DNA of 64,000 bases from a virus (lineage: Duplodnaviria; Caudoviricetes). Under the pieces are notes generated by a model. The model was not told the DNA's origin, ran no database searches, and was given only the letters and a program-made list of their open reading frames with translations. Shown in pieces: positions 18,636-28,481 of this stretch. Numbering within the stretch: the stretch's first letter is position 1; every line of letters starts with the position of its first letter. The stretch covers positions 404 through 64,403 of IMG/VR virus record IMGVR_UViG_3300033066_000804, one strand, 5' to 3'. Both the position numbers and the translations under genes were made by a program.

Positions 18636-19459
18636 TCTGGGGAACCGAGATTCTGCCCGCTGGTAATGCAGTCCGTCTGCATATTCGCCCCCCTGCCGGA
18701 ACCACCTCCTGCACCCTGCTGCGGCGCCTCGATGACCAGTTTATCGGCACCGTCGATCCGGAAGCGGCGACGTTGGCTGCCTGGGACGGCGACGCCTCGG
18801 TGGTCCTGGTGGATACCGCGAACCTGACCAACGGAACCCCCTATTTCTGGCGCGTCTATTACGCACCCTCTGACACCTTCTCGACGACTTCCGCGACTCC
18901 GGATGCCAGTTATGCCGGGACCGGCCCGGATGCCGTGTCAGTCCTGATGGACCGCTTGCGCCAGGGCCTGGCGGTCGAGGCGGCGCGGGGTGCCCTGCAT
19001 CCCAAGTCGGGCGCCATTCCCGTTCAAAACGCACCACCCCTATGGGACCAGACGCCGTTCCCTGTCGTGACAGCACACTTGGTGTCATCGGAGCCGGATT
19101 CTCGCGGGCTGGGCGAAGTGCTTAACCCGGATGTGATCGGAGATGACGAGGTGGCCTCCATGGAGGGCTGGTTGGAACGCACCAGCATCACCATCGTCGG
19201 CTGGTCCCTGAATCCCGACGAACGGATCGCCTTGCGCCGAGCCATTAAGCGGATTCTCCAGGCCAATTGGCCGGTGTTCGACGCCCTCGGGCTTGGCTTG
19301 ATCGACTGGACGCAACGCGATCACGAGGAGATGGAGCGCTTCGCGGCTCCGGTCTTCCAGGTACTGACTGATTTTCGGTGCGTTTCTGCTGCTGGCGTTA
19401 CCAGCGGGACGCCAAAGATTCGTGACATTAATTCTCAGGTGGTGATTCATGCCTACTAA
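18632..19459 (+). CDS. Probable tail terminator protein
   Basis: Position before sheath; WSLNPDERIAL. Confidence 0.45.
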   Translation: MIWGTEILPAGNAVRLHIRPPAGTTSCTLLRRLDDQFIGTVDPEAATLAAWDGDASVVLVDTANLTNGTPYFWRVYYAPSDTFSTTSATPDASYAGTGPDAVSVLMDRLRQGLAVEAARGALHPKSGAIPVQNAPPLWDQTPFPVVTAHLVSSEPDSRGLGEVLNPDVIGDDEVASMEGWLERTSITIVGWSLNPDERIALRRAIKRILQANWPVFDALGLGLIDWTQRDHEEMERFAAPVFQVLTDFRCVSAAGVTSGTPKIRDINSQVVIHAY

Positions 19460-19676
19460 GTCCATTGATTCAGAACTCCCCCAGGCGGCTGAGGTGGTTC
19501 AGGAAGCTCAGATCCCACTGAGTATCGACGAGTTTTGCCAGCGGCTGTCCGCGACTTCTCGCCGGGTCGCACTGATCGGCGGGTTCCATGCCTGGGCCAA
19601 GGCCCAGGGCCTGGTGAAGGACGTGGAGACCACGTTCCAGGCCGCCTGGAACCGCTTTATCTCTCTGCCGGCGTAA
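19449..19676 (+). CDS. Small hypothetical protein
   Basis: Coupled ORF immediately before the sheath gene. Confidence 0.6.
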   Translation: MPTKSIDSELPQAAEVVQEAQIPLSIDEFCQRLSATSRRVALIGGFHAWAKAQGLVKDVETTFQAAWNRFISLPA

Positions 19677-19691
19677 TAGGAGCCCGCACCC

Positions 19692-21407
19692 ATGCCCGTA
19701 TTTTTCAACGGCCAATTGCTGGTCACGCCTACCGTTCAGAGCCTTGTCGATGACTCGCAGATGTACAACCGGAACCTTACGGTTGGGAACATCGTGGCGA
19801 TTATCGGTCGAGCCGAAGGCGGCGAACCCAAGGTCCCGCTGGTGCTGCGGAGCCCGGCCCACGCCAAGGAAGTGCTGCGAGATGGCGAGTTACTGACCGC
19901 CGTTCGCAAGGCTTTTGCGCCGTCCAACGCGACCCATGGCCCATCTCGCATCGTCGCCATGCGGGTCAATCCTGCGGTTCAGGCCGAGTTGACCCTCAAG
20001 GACGCCAGCGTCGCCGACGCGATCACCCTGAAGTCCACCGACTATGGGATCTGGACGAACCAGATCAAGGTCAAGGTGGAATCCGGCACCACGGCAGGAA
20101 AGCGGCTGACCACTCAGGTTGGTAATGCCTATTTCTCCAAGGACAACGTGGCGCGATCGGCTTTCACAGTCACCTACACCGGCGCCCAGGCGACGGCTAC
20201 GGTGACCGTGTCGAACACCCAGGTGCTGCTTCATGCGCCGGCGTTGACCCTGGTTGCCACCATCGAGCTATCGGAGTACGGCACCGTCCAGGAGGTGGTG
20301 GACCGGATCAACGTGACCACCGGATTCTCTGCCACGGTAACCGCCGGCAGCGCCAATACCGCGACCCTGAACGGGCTGGATGCGGTGGCGGCGACCTCCT
20401 GCAAGACCCCCACGGTCTACGACGTGCGGGCCGATCTCCAGGCTTGCATCGACTGGTTCAACGGGTCCGCCGAGGGCTTTATCACTGCTGTCCGGCCGGC
20501 GGCAGCCAGCAAGGTTCCGGCCAATCTGGCATTCACCTACCTGACCGGCGGCAGTAACGGCACGGTCACCAACACGGACTGGGACGACTGCTTCGTGGCC
20601 CTGGAATCCGAGGACGTGCAGTGGGTGGTCCCGGTGGCGGGCGATGCCTCGATTCACGCCATGGCGGATGCCCATGTGCATTTCATGTCTGGCGTGGGCA
20701 AGCGCGAACGGCGGGCCTTTGTCGGGGGCGACCTCGGCCTGACTCAGTCGTCTGCCGCTGCCGCTGCCGCCACCATCAATTCTGACCGGACGGCTTATTG
20801 CTACCCCGGCATGTACGACTACGACTCGGCGGGTGTGCTGACTCTTTATGCCCCTTACATCCTGGCGGCCCAGGTTGCCGGCGGATTCGGTGGCGTCAAT
20901 CCGGGCACCCCCCTGACCAATAAGCCCCTGACCGTGCGCGGCATGGAACTGGACCTGAAGGAGCCGGCCGATACCGATTTCATGATCGACTCGGGGGTCC
21001 TGTGCGTGACCAAGAGCCCCAAGCAGGATTACCGGGTGGTCAAGTCCATCAGCACCTGGCTGTCCGACTCCAAGTACAACCGGGTTGAGGTGTCTACCGG
21101 CGCGGCTACCGACTTCGTGGCCCGGAACGTCCGGGAAGCGCTCCAGGATTTCATCGGCGCCAAGGGCAGCCCCGAATCCCTCCACGCGATTGCCTCCCGC
21201 ACCGACTCCATCCTCGCCGAACTGGCGCGGCCGGAACCGGCCGGACCCGGCGTCATCGTGGGCGACCGCATCAACCCCCCCTACCGGAACATCACGGTGG
21301 AACTGGAGGGCGACGTGGTTCGCGTCGAGTTCGAGTGTTCTCCGGTGATTCCGATCAATTACGTTCTCGTGACCATCCACGCCGTTCCCTATTCGGGCCG
21401 GGTATAA
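19692..21407 (+). CDS. Tail sheath protein
   Basis: 571 aa; IIGRAEGGEP N-terminus; C-terminal DVVRVEFECSPVIPINYVLVTI. Confidence 0.92.
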   Translation: MPVFFNGQLLVTPTVQSLVDDSQMYNRNLTVGNIVAIIGRAEGGEPKVPLVLRSPAHAKEVLRDGELLTAVRKAFAPSNATHGPSRIVAMRVNPAVQAELTLKDASVADAITLKSTDYGIWTNQIKVKVESGTTAGKRLTTQVGNAYFSKDNVARSAFTVTYTGAQATATVTVSNTQVLLHAPALTLVATIELSEYGTVQEVVDRINVTTGFSATVTAGSANTATLNGLDAVAATSCKTPTVYDVRADLQACIDWFNGSAEGFITAVRPAAASKVPANLAFTYLTGGSNGTVTNTDWDDCFVALESEDVQWVVPVAGDASIHAMADAHVHFMSGVGKRERRAFVGGDLGLTQSSAAAAAATINSDRTAYCYPGMYDYDSAGVLTLYAPYILAAQVAGGFGGVNPGTPLTNKPLTVRGMELDLKEPADTDFMIDSGVLCVTKSPKQDYRVVKSISTWLSDSKYNRVEVSTGAATDFVARNVREALQDFIGAKGSPESLHAIASRTDSILAELARPEPAGPGVIVGDRINPPYRNITVELEGDVVRVEFECSPVIPINYVLVTIHAVPYSGRV

Positions 21408-21422
21408 CAGGAGTAGGCAGCA

Positions 21423-21845
21423 ATGCAACCCAATGTGAAAGTCCGCTCCGGCAACCGGGTCCTGGTGAAGCTGGACGGAAAAATGGTGGGCCTGATTAAG
21501 GGCCTGAACTGCACGGACAACTATGGCCCCCAGGAGGCGTCCGGTATCGGGGATATTCACGTCCAGGAGTACGTCCCGACCCTGGCAGACCATTCGCTCC
21601 AGGCCGAGTCCATCGTCCTGATTTCGCAAAACCTGCGGGATGCTGGGATCGCCCTGGAAAACGGCGACCACGCCTTGCAGGGGATGGTGTTTGATGTCGA
21701 GATTTTCGACAAAGACGCGGGGGTCCTGCTGCGGAAGTACACCGGCGTGTCGGTGGCGTCCTGCGATACGCGGGTGCAGGCGCACCAGATCATCGGCCTG
21801 AACGTGTCGATGAAGGCCCTTAACGTCGTCGGGACGGGGCTCTAA
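21423..21845 (+). CDS. Tail tube protein
   Basis: 140 aa after sheath; SGNRVLVKLDGKMVG...GIGDIHVQEYVP. Confidence 0.85.
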   Translation: MQPNVKVRSGNRVLVKLDGKMVGLIKGLNCTDNYGPQEASGIGDIHVQEYVPTLADHSLQAESIVLISQNLRDAGIALENGDHALQGMVFDVEIFDKDAGVLLRKYTGVSVASCDTRVQAHQIIGLNVSMKALNVVGTGL

Positions 21846-21848
21846 TCC

Positions 21849-22199
21849 ATGGCCGGCAAGCTGCGCGTTGAGGTTCCGGGTGTCGGGGTTTTCTTGTTCC
21901 GGCACCGGACGTTCCGGGACTCCATCCGAATCGCGGCGGAAGTCGAGCAGATGCTTGGCTTCCAGGCTGGCGTGTCCGGCGGGCTTCAGTCGGTGGCAGC
22001 CATGTTCGCCACGCTGGTCACCCTCCTGGTCGAGGCTCCGGCGGGATTCGATCTGGAAACGATGGACCCCTTGGCCGACTCCAGCCTAGCCAGGCTGGAG
22101 GAGGTTTATTTAGCCCTCCGCGAGGCCGAAACCAACTTTCGCAAACCTCGCTCAGAGGACAGTGAAGGACCAAGCCCGGAGCCGGTCGCGTCTGATTGA
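21849..22199 (+). CDS. Tail assembly chaperone (G-like)
   Basis: Between tube and tape measure; overlaps the next ORF in the +1 frame. Confidence 0.7.
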   Translation: MAGKLRVEVPGVGVFLFRHRTFRDSIRIAAEVEQMLGFQAGVSGGLQSVAAMFATLVTLLVEAPAGFDLETMDPLADSSLARLEEVYLALREAETNFRKPRSEDSEGPSPEPVASD

Positions 22200-22431
22200 A
22201 ACCTGGTATCGGGATCGGTATCGGCTCCCGCCGACCGATCCCCGGTTCCTGGATCTCACCCCTGCTGAACTGATCCTGGAGTATTGGACGGTGCATTACG
22301 CCACTGCGCCAGCAGGCTCCACGGAATTCGACACTCCCGATTTTGATGCCGACGTAGCCGCCCTAATGAGCGGAGATCTGCGTATGCCTGCCGACGACGA
22401 TTTTGAGGTGGTAAGCCATGAGCGGAACTGA
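22162..22431 (+). CDS. Tail assembly chaperone extension (T-like), probably reached by frameshift
   Basis: LPPTDPRFLDLT motif; its frame is open back across TTT CGC at 22137-22142. Confidence 0.6.
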   Translation: MKDQARSRSRLIETWYRDRYRLPPTDPRFLDLTPAELILEYWTVHYATAPAGSTEFDTPDFDADVAALMSGDLRMPADDDFEVVSHERN

Positions 22432-25400
22432 AAGTATCCTGGTTCGGATGCACCAAGCCATGCAGGGCCTGCGCGATGCAACGCGACAAGCCAACACCGA
22501 AGCGGATCGGCTCCGTCAGAATTTCGCGGCCATCGACGCGGCAGCCCGCGATGCCATTGCCAACGGGTTCACCGGGCGCGGGAACTTCCGCAATTACCTA
22601 CCGCAAGGGTCGGATGATTTCACTAACCTGCAACGACAGCAGGCCCGCGACCACGCCGTTTCGTTACTGAATCAACAGTCTCCATCGGCAGGCCACCACA
22701 ACATAGGCGCTACCGTTGCCGCCGCAGTGCGGAATGAGGCCGGGCAGTTTTTCAGGGCCACCATGGCTGCCGCTGGCGCCGCGAGTGTTACCGCGTTCGC
22801 GTTCCAAGGCGCCCAGCGGGCGGTTGGTCTGAATCTGGACTCTGACAAGCTGATGCGGCTTGTCGGCGGTCTGTCCGGCGGTTTTGACGATGTGCTGGAT
22901 GGCCTGGACAAGATGGCCAATCAGGTGACCATGGCCGAGGACGAAATGGCCAAACTCGCGGTCACCATGGCCAAGCTGGGGGGCGTGGTCGATACCTCCA
23001 CCATCCCAGGACTCGTAAAAACCAGTCGCGCTTTCGGTATGGAGGACAACCGCATTCCGATGTGGATGTCGGAAATGAAATGGCGCGGTGCTTCATCCCC
23101 GGACTTGCTTCCCATGTTGGCGGCCACCATGGCCCGCACTGGCATGGGAGGGCGCGGGGAGGAGTTGCTCGACGCCTTCCAGGAATACGCTGACCGCACG
23201 GAAAAGGTGCTGCTGCACACCGGCGACATGAGCGGGTTCGCTATGACCATGGCGGCCATGGGGAGCATGACGAACGAGGACGGGAGTCCTATCGCTGGAT
23301 TGAAGGGCGCGGCTGGGGCGCAGTTGCTGAAGCAACTTGATTCTGGTTTCCAACGGTCTGGGGCTGGTGAATCAGGCGAAGTTGCCAGGGCGGCCTTTTT
23401 GGCAAGCATGGGAATCACAAATCCCTACCACCAGGAATACATCAAAGAGGAGGGGATCAGCGGCAAGCCGGAAATGCTTGAGGCATATATGAATTTTATG
23501 CCCAAGTATGTCGGCGCAACGGGGAATAGCGCAGAGGCCGGGTATATGCTGGATGATGCCATCGCCAGGGACCTAGGCATCTCAAGGCATGTGTCGCGGA
23601 AGTTGCGGAATTTCAAAACCGATGGCGGGAATTTGATCGGTTTCGGTAATTGGTTAGAGTCAACGACTGGGAAGGGGTTTGCCGACATCAAGCAGGAGGC
23701 GTTCCCAGATCTGACTAAAATCTGGAACGTGAGCGAGGCTGCCAAGAGCGGAAACTTCAACGAGGCCACTACCGGATCTCTAATGGGCCTGCTGCAACAG
23801 TATAAGATCGACCCAAATCAGCATGGAGGAGTTGACCCATCCAATTACGGCAATCTAATTGATGCGGTTGCCAAGGCGGCGATGAATGGGCCTGAAGCCA
23901 CGAAGGCTGAAGATGATCGCCGAATGATGCTGACCATCTCCAACACCCAGTTGGAAGCCGGGAAAATGCTGCTAAAGGCCGGGGAAAAGTTGTTTGATGT
24001 TGCTGAATGGGCGGCGAAAAAGCTAGGGATAGGGGAAAAAGAGGAGACGAAAGAGGAGGCTATCGAGCGGGCAAATGCGGAAACGGCCGCTGATGCGTCG
24101 GCCGATTACGCCAATTCCGGCTTCACGCCGGACGGTAAGAGGGTTGTGCCTGAAAAGCCTAAGGCGTCTAAGTTCTTGGGCAAGGAGACGGGCACGGAGC
24201 CTGCGCTTTATCAGGGCACTGTGAAGCCCACGGTCCCAGGCGACAAAACCACATCCTGGCTGGGCAACATCGGGCGTGGGGTAGGCGATGCGGTTTTTGG
24301 TCCGTCAGGTGTCGCATCTTGGATGTCTGGCAGCGCCGTTGCCGGCACTCTGCCCGGCGAGCTAACCCCTGAACAGCGCGGCGAATCGCCAGCAGCGACG
24401 GTGGCAAAGGTGAGCGGTTCTGGGTCTGGCGCGGCCAAGCTGAGCGGGTCCAAGGCCGATTTTGTTGCGCGCATCCGGCCGGCGGCCGAAGCGGCGGCGG
24501 CCAAGATAGGGGTGCCTGCTGACGCCCTGGTGGCTCAGGCGGCCCTAGAAACCGGCTGGGGAAAGTCCGTGGCCGGGAATAACCTGTTTGGAATCAAGGC
24601 CAGCAAGAACTGGAATGGCAAGACCGTTAATACCGGCACCCAAGAATGGGACGGGTCGAAAATGGTGGGCCAAAAGGATAATTTCCGGGCTTACGACTCC
24701 TATGAGGAGTCTTTCAACGATTACGCCAACGTCATTTCCAAGCAAAAAAACTTTGCCGGGGCTTTACAGTCCGGCGGAGACCCAGAGGCGTATTTTTCTG
24801 CATTGAAAGCGGGGGGGTATGCGACCGATCCTAACTATGTCGGAAAACTCATGGGCACCATGAAGGCGGTGCAGGGCATGGAGGGCGGCAGCACGGCAGC
24901 GTCCAGCGGCGGGTCCGTCAAATGGCAGCCTGGGGTTCACCTGGGCACCAAGAGTACCGATGGCGGCGCGGCGGCCAGCGGCGGCATGGTGATTGGGATC
25001 GGTGGCGGTACGGAGGCCCCCGTCAAATGGGAGCCGGGGGTTCACCTGGGCACCAAGCGGATTGATGACGGTGGCGCCCCGGCGGCCGGCGGCGATGTCA
25101 AGTGGGAGCCAGGCGTCCACCTCGGGACCAAGCGCATTGACGACTACAACATGCAACTGCCCGAGGGCACCTCGGCGGCGGCATCGGCCCGCGATGCCCC
25201 CTCGGCAGTCCGGGACATGCTGTCCAGCATGGGCGGCCCCGGCGGGGAACTGGGACGCATGGTCGGCGACATGCGCGCCACCATCGACGTGGTGCAAAAG
25301 TCCGACATGGGCGAGGTGCTGAGCCAGCATTCCCGGCAATTTGCGCTTAGCGGTGTTCCGCGACCACAACACATGGCGGCAGGCGCTAAGGCCATGATGG

Positions 25401-25453
25401 GCGCGGCACAAGGCTTGATGGATGGGTTCTCCGGGGCGCTGGCAAGACGATGA
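22418..25453 (+). CDS. Tape measure protein with glucosaminidase (FlgJ-like) domain
   Basis: 1011 aa, Ala/Gly-rich; AQAALETGWG, NNLFGIKA, FRAYDS and GYATDPNY motifs. Confidence 0.85.
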   Translation: MSGTESILVRMHQAMQGLRDATRQANTEADRLRQNFAAIDAAARDAIANGFTGRGNFRNYLPQGSDDFTNLQRQQARDHAVSLLNQQSPSAGHHNIGATVAAAVRNEAGQFFRATMAAAGAASVTAFAFQGAQRAVGLNLDSDKLMRLVGGLSGGFDDVLDGLDKMANQVTMAEDEMAKLAVTMAKLGGVVDTSTIPGLVKTSRAFGMEDNRIPMWMSEMKWRGASSPDLLPMLAATMARTGMGGRGEELLDAFQEYADRTEKVLLHTGDMSGFAMTMAAMGSMTNEDGSPIAGLKGAAGAQLLKQLDSGFQRSGAGESGEVARAAFLASMGITNPYHQEYIKEEGISGKPEMLEAYMNFMPKYVGATGNSAEAGYMLDDAIARDLGISRHVSRKLRNFKTDGGNLIGFGNWLESTTGKGFADIKQEAFPDLTKIWNVSEAAKSGNFNEATTGSLMGLLQQYKIDPNQHGGVDPSNYGNLIDAVAKAAMNGPEATKAEDDRRMMLTISNTQLEAGKMLLKAGEKLFDVAEWAAKKLGIGEKEETKEEAIERANAETAADASADYANSGFTPDGKRVVPEKPKASKFLGKETGTEPALYQGTVKPTVPGDKTTSWLGNIGRGVGDAVFGPSGVASWMSGSAVAGTLPGELTPEQRGESPAATVAKVSGSGSGAAKLSGSKADFVARIRPAAEAAAAKIGVPADALVAQAALETGWGKSVAGNNLFGIKASKNWNGKTVNTGTQEWDGSKMVGQKDNFRAYDSYEESFNDYANVISKQKNFAGALQSGGDPEAYFSALKAGGYATDPNYVGKLMGTMKAVQGMEGGSTAASSGGSVKWQPGVHLGTKSTDGGAAASGGMVIGIGGGTEAPVKWEPGVHLGTKRIDDGGAPAAGGDVKWEPGVHLGTKRIDDYNMQLPEGTSAAASARDAPSAVRDMLSSMGGPGGELGRMVGDMRATIDVVQKSDMGEVLSQHSRQFALSGVPRPQHMAAGAKAMMGAAQGLMDGFSGALARR

Positions 25454-26928
25454 TTACCACCTTCATGCCCAAGGTCGAAGTCCTACTGCATAAGTCGGTT
25501 ATGCGGAAGGACGGCAAATCTAAGCGGTTTGCAGGGGCGACCATCCCGCCGACTCTGGACCTGACCCGGTTTATCGGGGATGAGGGGCGGGTGTTCGTCC
25601 AAAAATCCATCCATCAACCGGCTGGAACCTTCTCGCTGGTCCTGGCCGACCGAGCCCATGAAACCGAACTAGATTCCATGTATGGCCTGATCGAGCCCCT
25701 AGACCGGATCGAAATCCGCATGGCTCATGCTCCGCATATCTATGGCGGGAAACTGCCGATCATGATGCGGGGCTTCGTGCAGTCGATCCGCCGAGCGGAG
25801 CAGATGGGTTCAGATGGCAAGCCGCACCGAACGGTGATTGTGTCGGGGACGGACTTCGGCCTGGTGTTCCAACTGATCCAAATTCTGAACCGAGTGGCCT
25901 ATGCCCAGGGTAAGGCCCTGCTGGGGAGCTATCCGCTATTCGAGAAAATCGGACTTGAACGGAAGCCGATGACGCCAAAGGATTTCTACACCGCCCTCCT
26001 GGATAACGTGGTGAATCCCTTCCTGTCTGAGTTTGCCGAGGAAACCGATAACTTCCCAGTCAAGATAACGCTTAACTCCACGGTGACCGAAGGGAAGGTC
26101 TATGGCCCCAGGGAGTTTGAGGGGGTGCTCTGGAATTTTGCCAACAACTTTGCTGATCTGCCCTGGAATGAGCTTTTCATCCGGGACACCGAAGAAGGCG
26201 TCGAGTTGGTTCATCGACCGTTGCCGTTTCGAGATTTCGATGCGGGGGACGGGGAGGGCGGTTGGATTGCCCAGGGGAGCCAGACGATCAAGCTCCCAGA
26301 TGAAGACATGCTGGGCCTGGACATCGGCGCGGTGGTCGCCCTCACGGCCAACCGCAGTGATGCCCATGTGGCTAATCTGTTTTGGGTGAATTTGGTCAAT
26401 GCGATCCCGTCCAACATCGCCAACGCTGCCCTGGGCACCGCGCTCCAGGAAAAAAGTAAGGGCACTATTTACTTGGACGATCCAGCCCAATATCCCAACT
26501 GCGACCCCAAGCTGTACGGCGCCAGGCCCATGCAGGTGACCAGCAATTACGGCTGGGACGGCATGACGACCGGCATGGAGGGCTTGCCCAAGGCCGACCA
26601 TGAGAAAATGGTCACTAGTGCGCTGGACTACATGACGCAGAAAAGGGAAACCCTGATCGCCCTGAACAAGGACAACGTGGTGTTTGAGGACGGTTCCCTG
26701 ATGCTGCGCGGCCATGAGCAGGTACGGGCTGGGCGCTATGTGCGGCTACACCGGGGCAAGTTTGTCGCGGACTACTACCTGCCCTCCGTGACGCACCAAT
26801 ACATTCCCTTTCAGCGATATGTGACCAGCGCCGAGTTCATTCGTGGGACCGGGTTCCTGGTCCGATCCAAAATGACTAACCCCTACCTGCAAGAGGGTAA
26901 GGGCGGGGTCTATCAGGAGTATTTATAA
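25450..26928 (+). CDS. Baseplate hub/tail protein
   Basis: 492 aa after tape measure; QKSIHQPAGTFSL, RGFVQSIRR. Confidence 0.65.
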   Translation: MITTFMPKVEVLLHKSVMRKDGKSKRFAGATIPPTLDLTRFIGDEGRVFVQKSIHQPAGTFSLVLADRAHETELDSMYGLIEPLDRIEIRMAHAPHIYGGKLPIMMRGFVQSIRRAEQMGSDGKPHRTVIVSGTDFGLVFQLIQILNRVAYAQGKALLGSYPLFEKIGLERKPMTPKDFYTALLDNVVNPFLSEFAEETDNFPVKITLNSTVTEGKVYGPREFEGVLWNFANNFADLPWNELFIRDTEEGVELVHRPLPFRDFDAGDGEGGWIAQGSQTIKLPDEDMLGLDIGAVVALTANRSDAHVANLFWVNLVNAIPSNIANAALGTALQEKSKGTIYLDDPAQYPNCDPKLYGARPMQVTSNYGWDGMTTGMEGLPKADHEKMVTSALDYMTQKRETLIALNKDNVVFEDGSLMLRGHEQVRAGRYVRLHRGKFVADYYLPSVTHQYIPFQRYVTSAEFIRGTGFLVRSKMTNPYLQEGKGGVYQEYL

Positions 26929-26931
26929 GCC

Positions 26932-27579
26932 ATGCTGCGCCTAGCAAAAGTCGTCAAGGTTCACCCGCAAAATTTCGCGGTGGATCTGGTGTTCCTGGAT
27001 TCCGGCTGGTTCATGGCTGGCGTCCAGGTGCTCATGACCACCATCTCAACGTGCTCCGGCATGGTGGACCTGCCGAGCCCGGTCGTGGATGAGAGCAATC
27101 CCCGCGACACGACGATGATCGGCGATACGGACATCCTAGCGGCCACACTAGAGTTGGACGGTGCCCCTGTGGTGATCGGGTTCCTGCCGCCCCAGGTCAC
27201 TCAGATGGCGTTCGAGCATGAAAATTACCGGCTATTCCGGCATGTCTCCGATGTGACCACCAGCATTGACCAGGCGGCTAATGTCATTTTCCGTCATCCC
27301 AGCGGGACGACCATCCAGATTGGCCAATCGGTTGCCTCGGGCGAGCAGCCGGAAGAAGAAGACCGCGAGGGAAGCGGCTACCACGGCACCTGGACCGAAA
27401 AAAAGAACAAATCCAAGGGCGGGTTTGTCCTGGCGGTTAACGGCGGTGACGTGGTGGTGAAATGCGACGATAGCGGCAACATCAAGATCAAGGCGATCAC
27501 CAGCATCGCCCTGGAGGCGCCGCTTATTACCTTGGATGGCGCGGTCTACATCAACGGGATACTTCAGGTCGCGGACTAA
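26932..27579 (+). CDS. Baseplate spike/OB-fold protein
   Basis: LAKVVKVHP N-terminus and beta-rich C-terminus (ITLDGAVYING). Confidence 0.6.
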   Translation: MLRLAKVVKVHPQNFAVDLVFLDSGWFMAGVQVLMTTISTCSGMVDLPSPVVDESNPRDTTMIGDTDILAATLELDGAPVVIGFLPPQVTQMAFEHENYRLFRHVSDVTTSIDQAANVIFRHPSGTTIQIGQSVASGEQPEEEDREGSGYHGTWTEKKNKSKGGFVLAVNGGDVVVKCDDSGNIKIKAITSIALEAPLITLDGAVYINGILQVAD

Positions 27580-27943
27580 ATATCGCCGGAAACACATGGT
27601 TGGCATTCCATGGGGGCGAGAGTTCTCCGGCCATTTCCAGGTGCTTGCCGATCTGCTTTTTGAGGCTGTTGTCCTTTTCCCAGATTTGCACGTCTCCCAC
27701 CTTTTCGCTTGGGTGCGTGTCCCATGGGTCCAGTCCGCAGTCCCCCGGCTGTATCGAGATCGGCTTGTCCAGCCGCAGATAAAGCACTGTGGACGTTTCC
27801 CCGTTGAATGGATGCTTGACGGCTGTTTTCTTCAGTGTGCCTGACAGGGTTACGTCCTGGCACCAAGCGATGGTTTCCGCCATCGCGCCACCCATCCAGC
27901 CGACCAATCCCAGCGCAATTCCTAACAGCAGTCCTCGTTTCAT
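27551..27943 (-). CDS. Secreted moron protein (DUF4431-like)
   Basis: Signal peptide MKRGLLLGIALGLVGWMGGAMA; VTLSGTL...YLRLDKPI; antisense to the late operon. Confidence 0.6.
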   Translation of the reverse strand: MKRGLLLGIALGLVGWMGGAMAETIAWCQDVTLSGTLKKTAVKHPFNGETSTVLYLRLDKPISIQPGDCGLDPWDTHPSEKVGDVQIWEKDNSLKKQIGKHLEMAGELSPPWNANHVFPAIFSPRPEVSR

Positions 27944-27961
27944 TGCCCCAATCCTCATAGT

Positions 27962-27977
27962 GTCGTGACGCAACGAT
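27962..27977 (+). promoter_or_regulatory. Candidate late promoter (leaderless)
   Basis: GTCGTGA-cgc-AACGAT, 6 nt to ATG 27984. Confidence 0.65.
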
Positions 27978-27983
27978 GGGGGC

Positions 27984-28481
27984 ATGTCATCCCCCATCTC
28001 CCAAAAAGTCCGGCCGATTGCTCTAGTCCTCATGGGCGGCGGGTTGCCCATGCTGCACTACTTCTCCATTCGCCCAGAAGAATTGAGCTACGAGATCCCT
28101 TCCAGGTCCGTGGTGCATAGTACCCTGGGCGGTGCCTGGATCGACGATTTCGGTGTCGGCATCAAGACCATCCATTTGACCGGAAACACGGGCTGGCGCG
28201 GGGTGCTGATTCCGGGTGAGTTGTGGTTCCTGAATTTCCGCGAACTGATCTACGAAACTTATTTCCGGCGCCGCTTGGAGGCGTCCAATTCCGGGCAGGA
28301 CCCGGACACGGTTCGGCTGTTTTTTGTCGATACCCTGAACCTCATCATGGCCTGGGTCCACCCCACTGAATTCGTGCATAAGCGCAGCAAAACCAAGCCG
28401 CTTCTGCACCAGTACTCTATCAAGTTGTCGGTGGTGAAGGAAAGCGGCGTGTCCTCACTGATCGGTGGCCTCATTGGCTAA
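27984..28481 (+). CDS. Tail tube initiator/baseplate protein
   Basis: SIRPEELSY, TLGGAWIDDFGVG and LLHQYSIKL motifs. Confidence 0.55.
   Translation: MSSPISQKVRPIALVLMGGGLPMLHYFSIRPEELSYEIPSRSVVHSTLGGAWIDDFGVGIKTIHLTGNTGWRGVLIPGELWFLNFRELIYETYFRRRLEASNSGQDPDTVRLFFVDTLNLIMAWVHPTEFVHKRSKTKPLLHQYSIKLSVVKESGVSSLIGGLIG

Noticed and set aside
19064-19079. GTCGTGA-cag-CACACT inside a CDS
   Set aside because: Mid-gene with no start codon following; within chance expectation.
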